57,885 nt of DNA from Pseudomonadota bacterium (GCA_023410295.1 JAEYPY010000053.1:1-57885); one strand, 5' to 3'. Positions 13,298-23,260 are shown, counted from the first letter of the stretch. Notes: generated from the letters alone by a model not told the origin. Program-made: numbers and translations.

Positions 13298-13672
13298 TTA
13301 GTCCCGCGCTTGGCTGATGGCGGCTAGTTCGGCTTCGCCCAGGATTTCGTAGCCGAGCGGTTCGGGCTCGGCCGCGGCCGGCAGGGAAGGCCGTGCGCGG
13401 GTGCGCCGACGTGGTGGCTGCGGGACGGAGAGATCTAGCCGGATATCGACCTCGGCCAGTTCTGGCAGCGGCGGCGGCGGCATGGGGTGCTCGTCAGCAA
13501 TCGGAGCCGCTTCGGGAAACGACGCTGACCGGCCGAGATAGGGCAAAAGCAAGTGCGCCGTGGCGAGGCCGGCTAGCGTTACGCCAAGCGCGGCCAGCCG
13601 GCGCAGGGTTGAACCCCACGCGCGCCTGCGCTTGCCGCGCGCGCCGCTATCGGAAATGACGTCGGCCTTCAT
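13298..13672 (-). CDS. Hypothetical membrane-anchored Pro-rich protein
   Basis: One hydrophobic helix then a Pro-rich tail; fills the icd-trmJ gap. Confidence 0.5.
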   Translation of the reverse strand: MKADVISDSGARGKRRRAWGSTLRRLAALGVTLAGLATAHLLLPYLGRSASFPEAAPIADEHPMPPPPLPELAEVDIRLDLSVPQPPRRRTRARPSLPAAAEPEPLGYEILGEAELAAISQARD

Positions 13673-13693
13673 GTCCCGTATCAGACTTCGCCG

Positions 13694-14476
13694 ATGACCC
13701 GCGCACGAAACATGCCGCCGCCGATCGAGGAGGAATGGCCAGCAATCTGTCTTGTGCGTCCCCAGATGGGCGAAAACATCGGCGCGGCTGCACGCGCGAT
13801 GTTGAATTTTGGCCTGATTTCGCTCCGCCTCGTCGCCCCGCGCGACCGCTGGCCAAACCCGAAGGCCGAAGTGGTGGCGGTCGGCGCCGACAAGGTGCTG
13901 AAGAACGCGCGCGTGGAGTGGAAGCTGGAAGACGCGCTGGCGGACGCAACGCTGGTGATCGCGGCGACGGCGCGGCCGCGCGAGCTGGAAAAGCCGGTCT
14001 GGGGGCCGCGCGAGGCGGCGCTGAAGATGCGCGCGGCGCTGGCGCAGGGCGAGCGGCCGCTGATCATGTTCGGGCCGGAGGCGGCCGGGATGGAGACCGA
14101 GGAAGTGGCGCGCGCCGATGCGATCGTGACGCTGCCGGTCAATCCGGGCTTTGCCTCGCTCAACCTCGCCAACGCGGTTTCAGTGGTCGCCTTCGCTTAC
14201 GCCGAGGCGCGTCAGGCGCACGATCTGCCGTCTTGGTTTCGCGACCAGAGCCCGCCGGCGACCCAGGCCGAACTCGAAGCCATGTTCATCCACCTCGAGG
14301 AAGAGCTTGAACGCGGGCGCTTTTTCCACCCGATGGACAAGGCCCCGCTGATGAAGCGCAACATCCGTTCGATCTTCCTACGCGCGCGGTTAACCCAGCA
14401 GGAAGCGCAGACGATGCGCGGGATCATCAAGGCGCTCACCATCGGCCGGGGCGGGCGCAAGAGGGACGATCTGTAG
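13694..14476 (+). CDS. trmJ: SPOUT RNA methyltransferase, TrmJ/LasT family
   Basis: PQMGENIGAAARAMLNFG, FGPEAAGM, FASLNLANAV. Confidence 0.9.
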   Translation: MTRARNMPPPIEEEWPAICLVRPQMGENIGAAARAMLNFGLISLRLVAPRDRWPNPKAEVVAVGADKVLKNARVEWKLEDALADATLVIAATARPRELEKPVWGPREAALKMRAALAQGERPLIMFGPEAAGMETEEVARADAIVTLPVNPGFASLNLANAVSVVAFAYAEARQAHDLPSWFRDQSPPATQAELEAMFIHLEEELERGRFFHPMDKAPLMKRNIRSIFLRARLTQQEAQTMRGIIKALTIGRGGRKRDDL

Positions 14477-14534
14477 GGCGGGGCTTCCCCCGTCCGGGTG
14501 AAGTCGATTATCCACACCCGGAACCAGGGACGAC

Positions 14535-15068
14535 ATGGCCGCCGCCAAAGCCAAGCGACGCACCCAAGAAACGCCGCGTGCGACCGCGCGTGACCTCGTC
14601 CCGTGGGGCGGGGAGGCGGTCGATGTCGATCGCTTCTGGGCCGAGAGCTGGGTCGATCTCTTGAACCGCCAACGCTGGCTGTCGAAGAAGCTGAAGCTCG
14701 ATAGCGCGCCGTGGCTGGTCGATCAGAACGCCGGCATCATCCAGTTCGAGCGCAAGGACGGGGCGATCGTCACGGCGCCGGTGCAGATCATCGGGGCCTG
14801 GAATCCGCGCACGCAGATGTTCCGCTGGGCCTGGGATCACCCGATGGTGGCGCAGCGCCTGAAGAACGACGCCGAACGCACGCGCTGGTTCGGCGACAAG
14901 CATGGGCTGGAAGAGCTCACGGTGAAGTCGCTCAAGATGAGCGAGCAGGAAGCCTGGCAGATGACGGCGCTCGCCATGAAAGTGAACGGCGCCTACGGCG
15001 TCTATCGCGCGCCGACGGAAGGGCCGGTGATCTTCATGACGCTCGGCGAGCCGAAGGTGAAGAAGTAG
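14535..15068 (+). CDS. Hypothetical protein (resembles DUF6882)
   Basis: QIIGAW...FRWAWDHP motif; host-like codon usage. Confidence 0.7.
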   Translation: MAAAKAKRRTQETPRATARDLVPWGGEAVDVDRFWAESWVDLLNRQRWLSKKLKLDSAPWLVDQNAGIIQFERKDGAIVTAPVQIIGAWNPRTQMFRWAWDHPMVAQRLKNDAERTRWFGDKHGLEELTVKSLKMSEQEAWQMTALAMKVNGAYGVYRAPTEGPVIFMTLGEPKVKK

Positions 15069-15129
15069 GGGCGGGGCTAACTTGTCTGCCTTGAGTAGAC
15101 CCGCCAATCAGTCACGCTAAAGTCTGGGG

Positions 15130-15411
15130 ATGAGCCTCTACCTGCTTGCTGGCCGCTTCTCGCAGCTGACTGGCCTTGTCGTAGCGATTCTGTTTGGCTG
15201 CATGTGGGTTGGCTCGCGCGTGCAACTCCCAGTTCTTAGCTCAATGTCTCAGGCATTTTTGAATGCGAACGGGACGCCCGGCGACATGTTGTTTGCCAGT
15301 GCGATTGGTACCCTTATTTTTGTCGGCATGACGATCGCCTTCGTCTTTATCGGCGATGTGAGCAACGCCGCTGCTAACGGACGTGACCTGCGCAAGTCAG
15401 GATGGCGATAG
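15130..15411 (+). CDS. Small two-TM hypothetical protein
   Basis: Two hydrophobic segments; visibly lower GC than its flanks. Confidence 0.5.
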   Translation: MSLYLLAGRFSQLTGLVVAILFGCMWVGSRVQLPVLSSMSQAFLNANGTPGDMLFASAIGTLIFVGMTIAFVFIGDVSNAAANGRDLRKSGWR

Positions 15412-15434
15412 GCCTCGGTCGGCTCTCGATGGAA

Positions 15435-15842
15435 TCAGTGCGCCGTAATGCTGGGGGCGGCTTCGCGGCAGGCGGTTTCGCAGGCGCGGCAGGTTTCGGC
15501 GCAGATGCGGCAATGCTCGTGCATTTGCGCATGACGCTCGCATTCCTCCGCGCACATGGCGCAGGCGCGTTCGCAGAGCTGCAGCATTTCGACGATGAGC
15601 TCTTCGTTCGAACCGGTGCGGCGGGCGGCGAGGCCCGCGGTGGTTTCGCAAATATCGGCGCAGTCGAGATTGAGGCGGATGCATTGGCGCAGTTCGGCGA
15701 CCATCTCCTCGGCCAGGCATGCGTCGGCGCAGGATTGGCAGATTTGTGCGCATTCCAGGCACTGCTCGATGCAGCGGATCAGCACGTCATTGGTGCTGCC
15801 ACGGACATCAGGATGCGTCGAGATCATTTGATGCACGTGCAT
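15435..15842 (-). CDS. Cys-rich four-helix-bundle copper storage protein (Csp3/DUF326-like)
   Basis: Repeated CxxC/CxxxC ([42 protein letters not shown]); no signal peptide. Confidence 0.9.
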   Translation of the reverse strand: MHVHQMISTHPDVRGSTNDVLIRCIEQCLECAQICQSCADACLAEEMVAELRQCIRLNLDCADICETTAGLAARRTGSNEELIVEMLQLCERACAMCAEECERHAQMHEHCRICAETCRACETACREAAPSITAH

Positions 15843-15874
15843 GGCCGGTGCTCCTCGATGGGTGAGACCAGCGC

Positions 15875-15899
15875 AACGATGCGGCGGCGGCGATGTTCC
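15875..15899 (-). promoter_or_regulatory. SigT/EcfG general stress response promoter
   Basis: Minus strand GGAAC-N16-CGTT, 32 nt upstream of the Csp3-like start. Confidence 0.8.
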
Positions 15900-15902
15900 C
15901 TG

Positions 15903-17666
15903 CTAGCCGCGCAACGCTTCGATGACGCGCTCCGTGTGCGTCAGATGTAGGAAGCGCCCTGCGTCGGCGATGGTTTCAAGCCGCGCGTTGGGCAAGCGCT
16001 TGGCCCAGTAGGCCGCCATGTCGGGCGCGTGGTGCAGAGGATCGTGCGCGCCAAGGAGAACGGTCCAATTTGCGGCGTCAGCGAGCGGCGGATCGTTGAT
16101 GCCGCAGGCGTAGGCGCGCTGTTCGCGGATGAAGCCCTCAACGCGGCCGGTGGCGAACATCATCACGGCGCGCTGATAATCGGCGACCGCTTCAGGATCT
16201 TCGAACGCCAGCATGTCAGGCTGGCTCGTGCCGAGCGTTGCGCGGATGAGTTGGCGCACACGTTCCGGCGTCGCTTGCGCGCCGACGATGCGGGCAAGGT
16301 AGGAAAGACGTTGCGGGTGATCGAAGAAGGCGTCCTTCACAGCGCCCAGGATGCCGACGCGCTTGGCGCGGTCGTCGATGGTGGGGTCAGGGTTGAGCAG
16401 CACGATCGGCTCGCGTGCGCGTTCAGGATAGAGCCGCGCGAACGCCAGCGCCGCGTGTGCGCCGCCGCGGGCGATCAGCGCGACGCTCGCAAAGCCAAGC
16501 GCGGCGCAGACATGATTCATATCGCGCGCTGCGTCTTCGAACGGGCAGGCGTCAGTTGTGGGCGCCGGATCGCTCAGGCCGAATCCCGGGCGGTCGATGG
16601 CGATCGGGCGCCAGCCATCGGCCTGGAGCGCGCGCACGAGTTTGCGCGAAGGATGGCGCGTGGTGCCGCTGGAATGAAGGATGATGACGGGCGCAGCGCT
16701 CGTAGGGCCGAAATCGCTGATGGCAATGAAGCCGGCATTAACTGGACGTGCGATGAAGCGCAGCGGATCGTGATCGGCGGCGTAGAGCAGGAGCTCGCCG
16801 CCGCTTGCTTCGGCCACCAGCGAACCGGCGAGAGCTTCGAGTACCACGCGGCTGAGTTCTGCGGCGCTGGAGACGCCTAGTTGCGTGAAAATGCGTTCGA
16901 ATGCGTCTTTGGCGACAGCTTCTGAAATGTGCGCCGTCTTCGCCGCTTCGCCGCGCGTCAGGCCATCGCTGACCAGCAGCGCGAGGCGCGCGTCGCGGGC
17001 GCGCAGGCCCAGCGCATCCATCAACACGGCTTCGGCTTGATCGCGGTCGAGCCGGAAGCTCGCGGCTTTCTGCGAGAGCAGCGCGATCAACGCCGGCTGG
17101 CGCGCGGCGCCGGTTTTGCGCAGCGCGGTTTTGAGCGCTTGGCGCCCGGATTCGTAGCTGAGGCCGGCGAGTTCGGCGGCGCGGCGTAGATTGGCGGTGG
17201 CGAGCAGGGCTTCGGCGAGACGCGCCTCAGACTGCGTCAGGCCATACGCGCGCGCGGCCGCCATGAGCGGACGTTGGGCGCGCGCCGTTGAGATCGCCAT
17301 TGCCAGCGTGCGTGCGTTGCGGTGCGCGAGCGCGGCGCGTGTTTCGTCTGGCAAAGGCCAATTCTGCACATCGGCGGCGGGCGTCTGCACGAGCAGTACG
17401 GGCGGGCCGTTTTCGCTGCGCACGACCGACGACCGCTTATCGCGCTCTATGGGTGCACCGCCGAGCCAGTGTTCGAAGCGTTCGTCGCTCCAGAGCACGC
17501 CGGCGTCGCCATCGAGCACTGCGAGCGCGAGCGCGTCCGCGTCGAGCACCGGGCGCGGCAAGAGCCTCTCTGCCGTGTCGCGCCAGCGCGGCGCCCCGGG
17601 GTCGCGCAGCATCGCTTCGAAAAGCGTGTCCTGGTCGGACCGTTTGATGCCTGCGCCTGAATCCAT
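15903..17666 (-). CDS. Transcriptional regulator: two LuxR-type HTH domains plus C-terminal alpha/beta-hydrolase fold
   Basis: YGLTQSEARLA...LRKTGAARQPAL; LGLRARDARLA...IFTQLGVSSAAEL; IAIDRPGFGLSD. Confidence 0.85.
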   Translation of the reverse strand: MDSGAGIKRSDQDTLFEAMLRDPGAPRWRDTAERLLPRPVLDADALALAVLDGDAGVLWSDERFEHWLGGAPIERDKRSSVVRSENGPPVLLVQTPAADVQNWPLPDETRAALAHRNARTLAMAISTARAQRPLMAAARAYGLTQSEARLAEALLATANLRRAAELAGLSYESGRQALKTALRKTGAARQPALIALLSQKAASFRLDRDQAEAVLMDALGLRARDARLALLVSDGLTRGEAAKTAHISEAVAKDAFERIFTQLGVSSAAELSRVVLEALAGSLVAEASGGELLLYAADHDPLRFIARPVNAGFIAISDFGPTSAAPVIILHSSGTTRHPSRKLVRALQADGWRPIAIDRPGFGLSDPAPTTDACPFEDAARDMNHVCAALGFASVALIARGGAHAALAFARLYPERAREPIVLLNPDPTIDDRAKRVGILGAVKDAFFDHPQRLSYLARIVGAQATPERVRQLIRATLGTSQPDMLAFEDPEAVADYQRAVMMFATGRVEGFIREQRAYACGINDPPLADAANWTVLLGAHDPLHHAPDMAAYWAKRLPNARLETIADAGRFLHLTHTERVIEALRG

Positions 17667-17777
17667 CGCGCAAACATGCCGTCCGCTGCTGGCCGCGTCA
17701 CTCCCAAATGGGGGCGCCGCGGGGGGCGCAGACTCGGCACAAGGGGTGCGAGGGATCAGCTCGATTTCGAGGAGGGG

Positions 17778-18230
17778 ATGATGAAAAAATTTGCTATTTT
17801 GGCCGCGGTTTCGCTGCTGGCGCTGGCCGCGCCGGCAGCCGCGCAGGAGGCGCAGATCATTCGTCTCGGCGATGAAGCGCTCACATGCGAGGCCATCGTC
17901 GCGCAGGCGGGCGAAGCGGAAACGGTAATGGGCGCCGCGCCGGTCGGTGGTGTTTTTGGATCAAGCGCGGCGGTGAGCGCGGCGACGAGCGTCGCGGTGC
18001 AGGGCGCGATTGTTTCGGGCGCTGGGCGCGCCATTCCAGGGCTTGGCCTTGCCGGCAACATGCTGGGCGCGGCTGCGCGCCGCCGCGAAGAGCAGCAAGC
18101 CGCCGCACGCGAAGTTGCGGAGAAGCGCTGGTACTATCTCAACGGGCTCTATCAGGGCCGTAATTGCGCAAGCTCGGCAGCCGCGCCGAACGAGGGGGCT
18201 GCGCCAACGCCTGCCGCGGCAGGTGAATGA
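17778..18230 (+). CDS. Secreted hypothetical protein with glycine-zipper-like segment
   Basis: GGAGG SD, signal peptide MMKKFAILAAVSLLALAAPAAA, two Cys, IPGLGLAGNMLG. Confidence 0.8.
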   Translation: MMKKFAILAAVSLLALAAPAAAQEAQIIRLGDEALTCEAIVAQAGEAETVMGAAPVGGVFGSSAAVSAATSVAVQGAIVSGAGRAIPGLGLAGNMLGAAARRREEQQAAAREVAEKRWYYLNGLYQGRNCASSAAAPNEGAAPTPAAAGE

Positions 18231-18274
18231 GCGGGGCAGGCCGGGCGCGCCACCTCGCGTCCGGCCAACCCGCA

Positions 18275-19600
18275 CTAAGCTTTTAACGCGCCGACCAGTT
18301 CGTGGCCTTCGCTGCCGAGGATTTCGAGCTGGGTGATCGTGCCGGGGGCGATTTCGCTGTCGCTATCGACATAGACAATGCCGTCGATTTCGGGCGCATC
18401 GGCCTTGGTGCGGAAGGCGTAGGCTCCGGCGTCTTCGTCCCAGCCGTCGCAGATGGCGTCGACGGTTTTGCCGATCATGGCTTGGCCGCGGGCGTGAGCG
18501 AGATTAGTCTGCACTTCCATGAAGCGGTCGTAGCGATCGTTCACTTCGTCTTCATCGACATGCCCAGGCAGATCGCGTGAGGGCGCGCCTTCAACGTTTT
18601 CGTATTTGAACACGCCGGCGCGATCGATCTCGGCTTCTTCGATGAAGTCGAGCAGGGTCTCGAAATCGTCTTCGGTCTCACCGGGGAAGCCGACGATGAA
18701 GCTCGAGCGGATAGTGAGATCGGGGCAGATCGCGCGCCACTTCTTGATGCGGTCGAGGACTTTGTCCTGGTTCGCTGGCCGGCGCATGGCTTTGAGCACG
18801 TTCGGCGAAGCGTGCTGGAACGGGATGTCGAGGTAGGGCAGCACTTTGCCTTCGGCCATCAGGCTGACGACCTCGTCGACGTGCGGATAGGGATAGACGT
18901 AGTGGAGGCGCACCCAGGCGCCGAGTTCGCCGAGCTCCTTGCAGAGATCGTAGAAGCGGGCGCGGACCATGCGGTCCTTCCACTTGCTTTCGGCGTATTT
19001 GACGTCGACGCCGTAAGCGCTCGTGTCCTGCGAGATGACGAGCAATTCCTTGACGCCGGCTTTGACCAATTGCTCGGCCTCGCGCAGCACGGCGTTGGCG
19101 GGGCGGGAGGCGAGATCGCCGCGAATGCTTGGGATGATGCAGAAGGTGCAGCGATTGTTGCAGCCTTCGGAGATTTTCAAATACGCGTAGTGGCGCGGCG
19201 TGAGACGAAAGCCGCCCTCGGGCACAAGATCGATTTTGGGATCGTGCAGCTGGGGCAGATGCGTGTGCACCGCGCCGACGACGGCTTCGTATTGGTGCGG
19301 GCCGGTGACTTCGAGCACCTTGGGATGTGTCTCGCGGATCAGACCTTCCTCTTTGCCAAGACAGCCGGTGACGATGACCTTGCCGTTCTCGGCGATGGCT
19401 TCGCCGATGGCGTCGAGGCTCTCGGCCTTGGCGCTATCGAGAAAGCCGCAGGTGTTCACGACGACAAGGTCAGCGCCTTCGTAGGAGCCGCTGAGCTGAT
19501 AGCCTTCAGAGCGCAGACGCGTGATGATGCGCTCGCTGTCGACGAGTGCCTTGGGGCAGCCGAGGCTGACCACGCCGATGGTTGGGGCTTTGGCAGACAT
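18275..19600 (-). CDS. rimO: Ribosomal protein S12 methylthiotransferase RimO
   Basis: [30 protein letters not shown] radical SAM motif, DAPEIDG TRAM domain. Confidence 0.97.
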   Translation of the reverse strand: MSAKAPTIGVVSLGCPKALVDSERIITRLRSEGYQLSGSYEGADLVVVNTCGFLDSAKAESLDAIGEAIAENGKVIVTGCLGKEEGLIRETHPKVLEVTGPHQYEAVVGAVHTHLPQLHDPKIDLVPEGGFRLTPRHYAYLKISEGCNNRCTFCIIPSIRGDLASRPANAVLREAEQLVKAGVKELLVISQDTSAYGVDVKYAESKWKDRMVRARFYDLCKELGELGAWVRLHYVYPYPHVDEVVSLMAEGKVLPYLDIPFQHASPNVLKAMRRPANQDKVLDRIKKWRAICPDLTIRSSFIVGFPGETEDDFETLLDFIEEAEIDRAGVFKYENVEGAPSRDLPGHVDEDEVNDRYDRFMEVQTNLAHARGQAMIGKTVDAICDGWDEDAGAYAFRTKADAPEIDGIVYVDSDSEIAPGTITQLEILGSEGHELVGALKA

Positions 19601-19704
19601 GAAGGCGCGGCTTCTAGCGCAGGGTGTGAACTAAATGAAGGCGTCCGGAAATGGCCAGCGCAGCAGCGCGCTTCGCGCGAGCATGGGGCCAAAGGAGACG
19701 AGTC

Positions 19705-20094
19705 ATGGCCACAATCCGTAAGGAATTGCGTTCGCCGCGTTCGGCCGATGAGGTCTGGGCGCTGCTGAAGCGCTTTGAGGCGGTGCACGAGTTGGCGAAG
19801 GGCTTCGTGACGGCGACGAGGATGGAGCCGCCCGGGGCGCGGGTGGTGACGTTCGCCAATGGCATGGAGGTGCGCGAGTGGCTGGTCTCCAGCGACGATG
19901 CGGAGCGGCGGCTATGCTACGCGATCACGGATAACCCGGCCTACGCCCACTACAGCGCCGTGGCCCAGGTGTTCGAGGATGGAGCGGGCAGCCGCTTCGT
20001 CTGGACCGTCGACTTCCTGCCGGACGAGATGGCTGGGCTGCAGGACAAATCGATGGAGGCCGGGGCCGCAGCCATTCGGGCGAACTTGGCCTGA
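19705..20094 (+). CDS. SRPBCC (polyketide cyclase-like) family protein
   Basis: ADEVWALL...ARVVTFANG...RRLCYAI...SRFVWTVD; AAGGAG SD. Confidence 0.85.
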   Translation: MATIRKELRSPRSADEVWALLKRFEAVHELAKGFVTATRMEPPGARVVTFANGMEVREWLVSSDDAERRLCYAITDNPAYAHYSAVAQVFEDGAGSRFVWTVDFLPDEMAGLQDKSMEAGAAAIRANLA

Positions 20095-20142
20095 GGGGCC
20101 GCCCGGCAAGCGAAAGCCAGTGACCTGCGTCATTGTTGATGC

Positions 20143-20157
20143 TGAGAATGACTTGCA
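20143..20157. promoter_or_regulatory. Putative Fur-type iron box upstream of bfd-bfr
   Basis: TGAGAATGACTTGCA, imperfect palindrome resembling alphaproteobacterial Fur sites, in iron-gene context. Confidence 0.6.
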
Positions 20158-20239
20158 GAAACTGTAGGGCGCGATAAACTTCGATCCTGCGGCTGCGAGG
20201 CATTCGCTCGTTTCCGCTTTGCTTTCAGAGAAGTACCGG

Positions 20240-20437
20240 ATGTACGTCTGCAATTGTAACGGCGTGACTCGCAACGAGGTGGACGAAGCCATCTCTGCGG
20301 GGGCGCAAGGTCCGGAAGAGGTGCTCGCCCATCATGGCTGTGAGCCTTGTTGCGGGCGTTGTCTGCCTGAGATCGCCGAAGGCATTTCATGCGGCGGGAT
20401 GGCCGGTAAGCCCCGGAGCCTCGTCGCGGCGGAGTAA
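20240..20437 (+). CDS. bfd: Bacterioferritin-associated ferredoxin
   Basis: MYVCNCNGV...CCGRC; directly upstream of bfr. Confidence 0.92.
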   Translation: MYVCNCNGVTRNEVDEAISAGAQGPEEVLAHHGCEPCCGRCLPEIAEGISCGGMAGKPRSLVAAE

Positions 20438-20445
20438 GGCGCGCG

Positions 20446-20934
20446 ATGAAGGGCGATCCGGACGTCATCAAGAAGCTCAATCAGATCCTCACCAATGAGC
20501 TCACCTCGATAAACCAGTACTTCCTGCATGCGCGGATGTACCAAAGCGACGGCTATGGGCGTCTCGGCAAGAAGACGTACGAAGAATCCATCGAAGAGAT
20601 GAAGCACGCGGACCGGATCATAAACCGGATCCTGCTGCTCGAGGGTTTTCCGAACCTGCAAAACCTCAACAAGCTGCAGATCGGCGAAGCCGTACCTGAG
20701 CGGCTTCAGGCGGACCTAAACGCCGAGCGCACGGGTCACCAGGCGATCAAGGAAGGCATCACCCTCTGCGAAGAGAAGAAGGACTACGTCTCACGCGACA
20801 TGCTGACGGACCTTCTCGACGATACCGAGGAGCACATCGATTTCCTCGAAACCCAGATCAAGAATCTCGGCGAGATGGGCCTGCAGAATTACCTGCAGAG
20901 CCAGTACGAGCTCGACAGTCAGCCTGAGGACTAG
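20446..20934 (+). CDS. bfr: Bacterioferritin
   Basis: MKGD, ELTSINQYFLHARM, ESIEEMKHAD, EEHIDFLETQ. Confidence 0.97.
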   Translation: MKGDPDVIKKLNQILTNELTSINQYFLHARMYQSDGYGRLGKKTYEESIEEMKHADRIINRILLLEGFPNLQNLNKLQIGEAVPERLQADLNAERTGHQAIKEGITLCEEKKDYVSRDMLTDLLDDTEEHIDFLETQIKNLGEMGLQNYLQSQYELDSQPED

Positions 20935-21413
20935 AGCGCCAAAGTGCTCTTGTTCGGCAGATCGAAGCTGACGAGGCCTTCAAAGCCGTCGCGGCGTTCG
21001 ACGCGTGCGATCTCGCCCTGATTAAGCAGGAGCCACTCGCCGGCGTCGGAAAGGTTTGTGAAGTCGCGGACCGTGCTGGAGAGGGCTTCGCGCGCGTCGC
21101 GGCCGGTCATCCAATAGCGCACGTGCTCCATCGCATCGGCGCTCTCGCAGAGCCAGGCGGAGCGGCGGAAGATCTGGAAATCCATCGGTGCGAAGAGCTT
21201 GCGGTAGTGGTCGTAAAGCGCGTCGAGTCGGGCGAAATCGATCTCTCGGAAATGGGCGCCCGGGAGCACCCAGCTTAGCGTATCTCGACGCAAATGCTCC
21301 GGATTGCGTGCGCCGAACGAGGCAAGTTGCTTCAGTTCCTCCCACGTCACGGCGCCCTGGTACTCGACCAGGTTCAGCTCAAGCACCTCGTTATGACGCA
21401 CCGTAATCGGCAC
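20931..21413 (-). CDS. Hypothetical protein
   Basis: GTG start with AAGGAG SD; converges on bfr with a 4-nt overlap. Confidence 0.7.
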   Translation of the reverse strand: MPITVRHNEVLELNLVEYQGAVTWEELKQLASFGARNPEHLRRDTLSWVLPGAHFREIDFARLDALYDHYRKLFAPMDFQIFRRSAWLCESADAMEHVRYWMTGRDAREALSSTVRDFTNLSDAGEWLLLNQGEIARVERRDGFEGLVSFDLPNKSTLAL

Positions 21414-21550
21414 CGCATGACTCCTTCGGGAACAACCGTGCGATGTGTAATTTGCGTTTTGGTTAAGATGTGTGCGTCATACGACGAAGAGGCTCGGCAG
21501 GACGGCGCTTGACCGTTGACATTCACGTCAGAGCGGTGCGCCGTCGGCAT

Positions 21551-22420
21551 ATGCGTACCGTTGGGCTCCTTTTCTCCGTTCTTTTCCTATTGGGCTGCGG
21601 CCAAGCGAGCGAAACGCCGCCGGACGCCGCGCCGGTGATTGCCGCGGAACGGGCGTTTGCGGCCGAGGCGCAGGAGATTGGCTGGGTTGAGGCCTTCGAG
21701 CGGCATTCGACCGCCGAGGCGATTGTGCTGGGCGCGCGGCCGCGCAACGCCCACGAGGCTATGGCCGGGATCGATCCGGCCAATCGCGGCGACACGTCTT
21801 TGAACTGGGCGCCAGAGTTTGCGGGCGTCTCGCGCGGAGGCGACATTGGCTTCACAACGGGCCCGTACAACGGCGGCGATACTGCGTTCGGTCAGTACTT
21901 CACGGTTTGGCGGCGCCACGCCGATGGGTCGTGGAAGTGGATTTACGACGGCGGGACCAATCAGACGACGCCAACCCGGCCCGATCCGGCGTTCTCGGTC
22001 GAGCAATTGATGGTCGGCGCGCGCGGGGCCGGCTCGGCTGAGGCGGCGCTGGAGGCGGTGCATCGCCGGGAAGAGGCGCTGGCGGCCGCGGCGGCGGAAA
22101 ATGCTGGCGAGGCTTACGCTGAGCTGTTCGCGGCCACGGGGCGGATGAACCGGGACGAACAGCCGACGGCGGTTGGGCCTGAGGCGGCGGAGGTGTTGGC
22201 GGGGGCCGGCCCGGTCCGCTTTTCGCCGCCGCAAATGGCGGAGGCCGGATTGGCGGGGGATTTGGTGTTCACGCTCGGCGAGGCGCGCTGGGAAGGCGGC
22301 TCGGGCTATTACCAGCGTATCTGGGTGCTGCAGCGGGATGGTTGGCGCATCGGCTATGACCAGATCCTGCTCCGCTCACTGGAGGAAATGGCCGCTCCCA
22401 CTGAGCCGGCGGCGCCCTGA
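21551..22420 (+). CDS. Lipoprotein with two NTF2-like (DUF4440-like) domains
   Basis: Lipobox LLGC; AAERAFA...GDIGFTTGP...YFTVWRR..DGSWKWIYD echoed by GDLVFTLG...YQRIWVLQRDGWRIGYD. Confidence 0.8.
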   Translation: MRTVGLLFSVLFLLGCGQASETPPDAAPVIAAERAFAAEAQEIGWVEAFERHSTAEAIVLGARPRNAHEAMAGIDPANRGDTSLNWAPEFAGVSRGGDIGFTTGPYNGGDTAFGQYFTVWRRHADGSWKWIYDGGTNQTTPTRPDPAFSVEQLMVGARGAGSAEAALEAVHRREEALAAAAAENAGEAYAELFAATGRMNRDEQPTAVGPEAAEVLAGAGPVRFSPPQMAEAGLAGDLVFTLGEARWEGGSGYYQRIWVLQRDGWRIGYDQILLRSLEEMAAPTEPAAP

Positions 22421-22580
22421 GATTTGACTTTTACGGGGGCATCCGCCAGAAGCCCCGCTTTCCTGCGACCCGGCTCGTTTCGGGTGCGCACGATGCTGGA
22501 CGACGGGCGAACCGCCAGGGAAGTCGCCGCCTCATTGGGAGGTAGCCGGGCCCCGTCATGGAAGAAGGCGCTCACAGCGC

Positions 22581-23198
22581 ATGACGAAGCGTATCCAAGC
22601 TAAATACAAGTCGGACCGCCGTTTCGGCCAGAACCTCTGGGGCCGTCCGAAATCTCCGGTCAACAAGCGCCAGTATGGCCCGGGCCAACACGGCCAGCGC
22701 CGCAAGGGCAAGACCTCTGACTTCGGCCTACAGCTCGTGGCCAAGCAGAAGCTGCGCCTCTACTACGGCAACATCACCGAAAAGCAGTTCCGCAAGACCT
22801 ACGAGGAAGCCGCGCGCCGGAAGGGCAACACGGCTGAAAACCTCATCGGCCTGCTCGAAAGCCGGCTCGACGCGGTGGTCTATCGCTCGAAGTTCGCGCC
22901 GACGCCGTTCGCAGCGCGCCAGCTCGTCAATCACGGCCACGTCAAGGTGAACGGCCGCCGTGTGACGATCGCCTCGTATCTAGTGAAGGCCGGCGATCTC
23001 ATCGAACTCCGTGACAAGGCCAAGGCCATGGCGCTGGTGCTCGAGGCGGTGCAAAGCCAGGAGCGCGACACGCCGGACTATATCGAGGTCGATCCCAAAG
23101 CGATGGCCGCGCGTTACGCGCGCGTGCCGACGCTCGCCGACGTGCCGTATCCGGTGCAAATGGAACCGAACCTCGTCGTCGAATACTACGCCTCGTAA
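22581..23198 (+). CDS. rpsD: 30S ribosomal protein S4
   Basis: [40 protein letters not shown]. Confidence 0.99.
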   Translation: MTKRIQAKYKSDRRFGQNLWGRPKSPVNKRQYGPGQHGQRRKGKTSDFGLQLVAKQKLRLYYGNITEKQFRKTYEEAARRKGNTAENLIGLLESRLDAVVYRSKFAPTPFAARQLVNHGHVKVNGRRVTIASYLVKAGDLIELRDKAKAMALVLEAVQSQERDTPDYIEVDPKAMAARYARVPTLADVPYPVQMEPNLVVEYYAS

Positions 23199-23224
23199 GG
23201 CGCTCGACAAGGAGCGGGGGATTT

Positions 23225-23260
23225 GAGGCCGGCGCGGGCGACGCGCCGGTCTTTCCTTTT
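23225..23260 (+). terminator. Intrinsic terminator of rpsD
   Basis: Hairpin GAGGCCGGCGCG-ggcga-CGCGCCGGTCTT followed by TCCTTTT. Confidence 0.8.
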
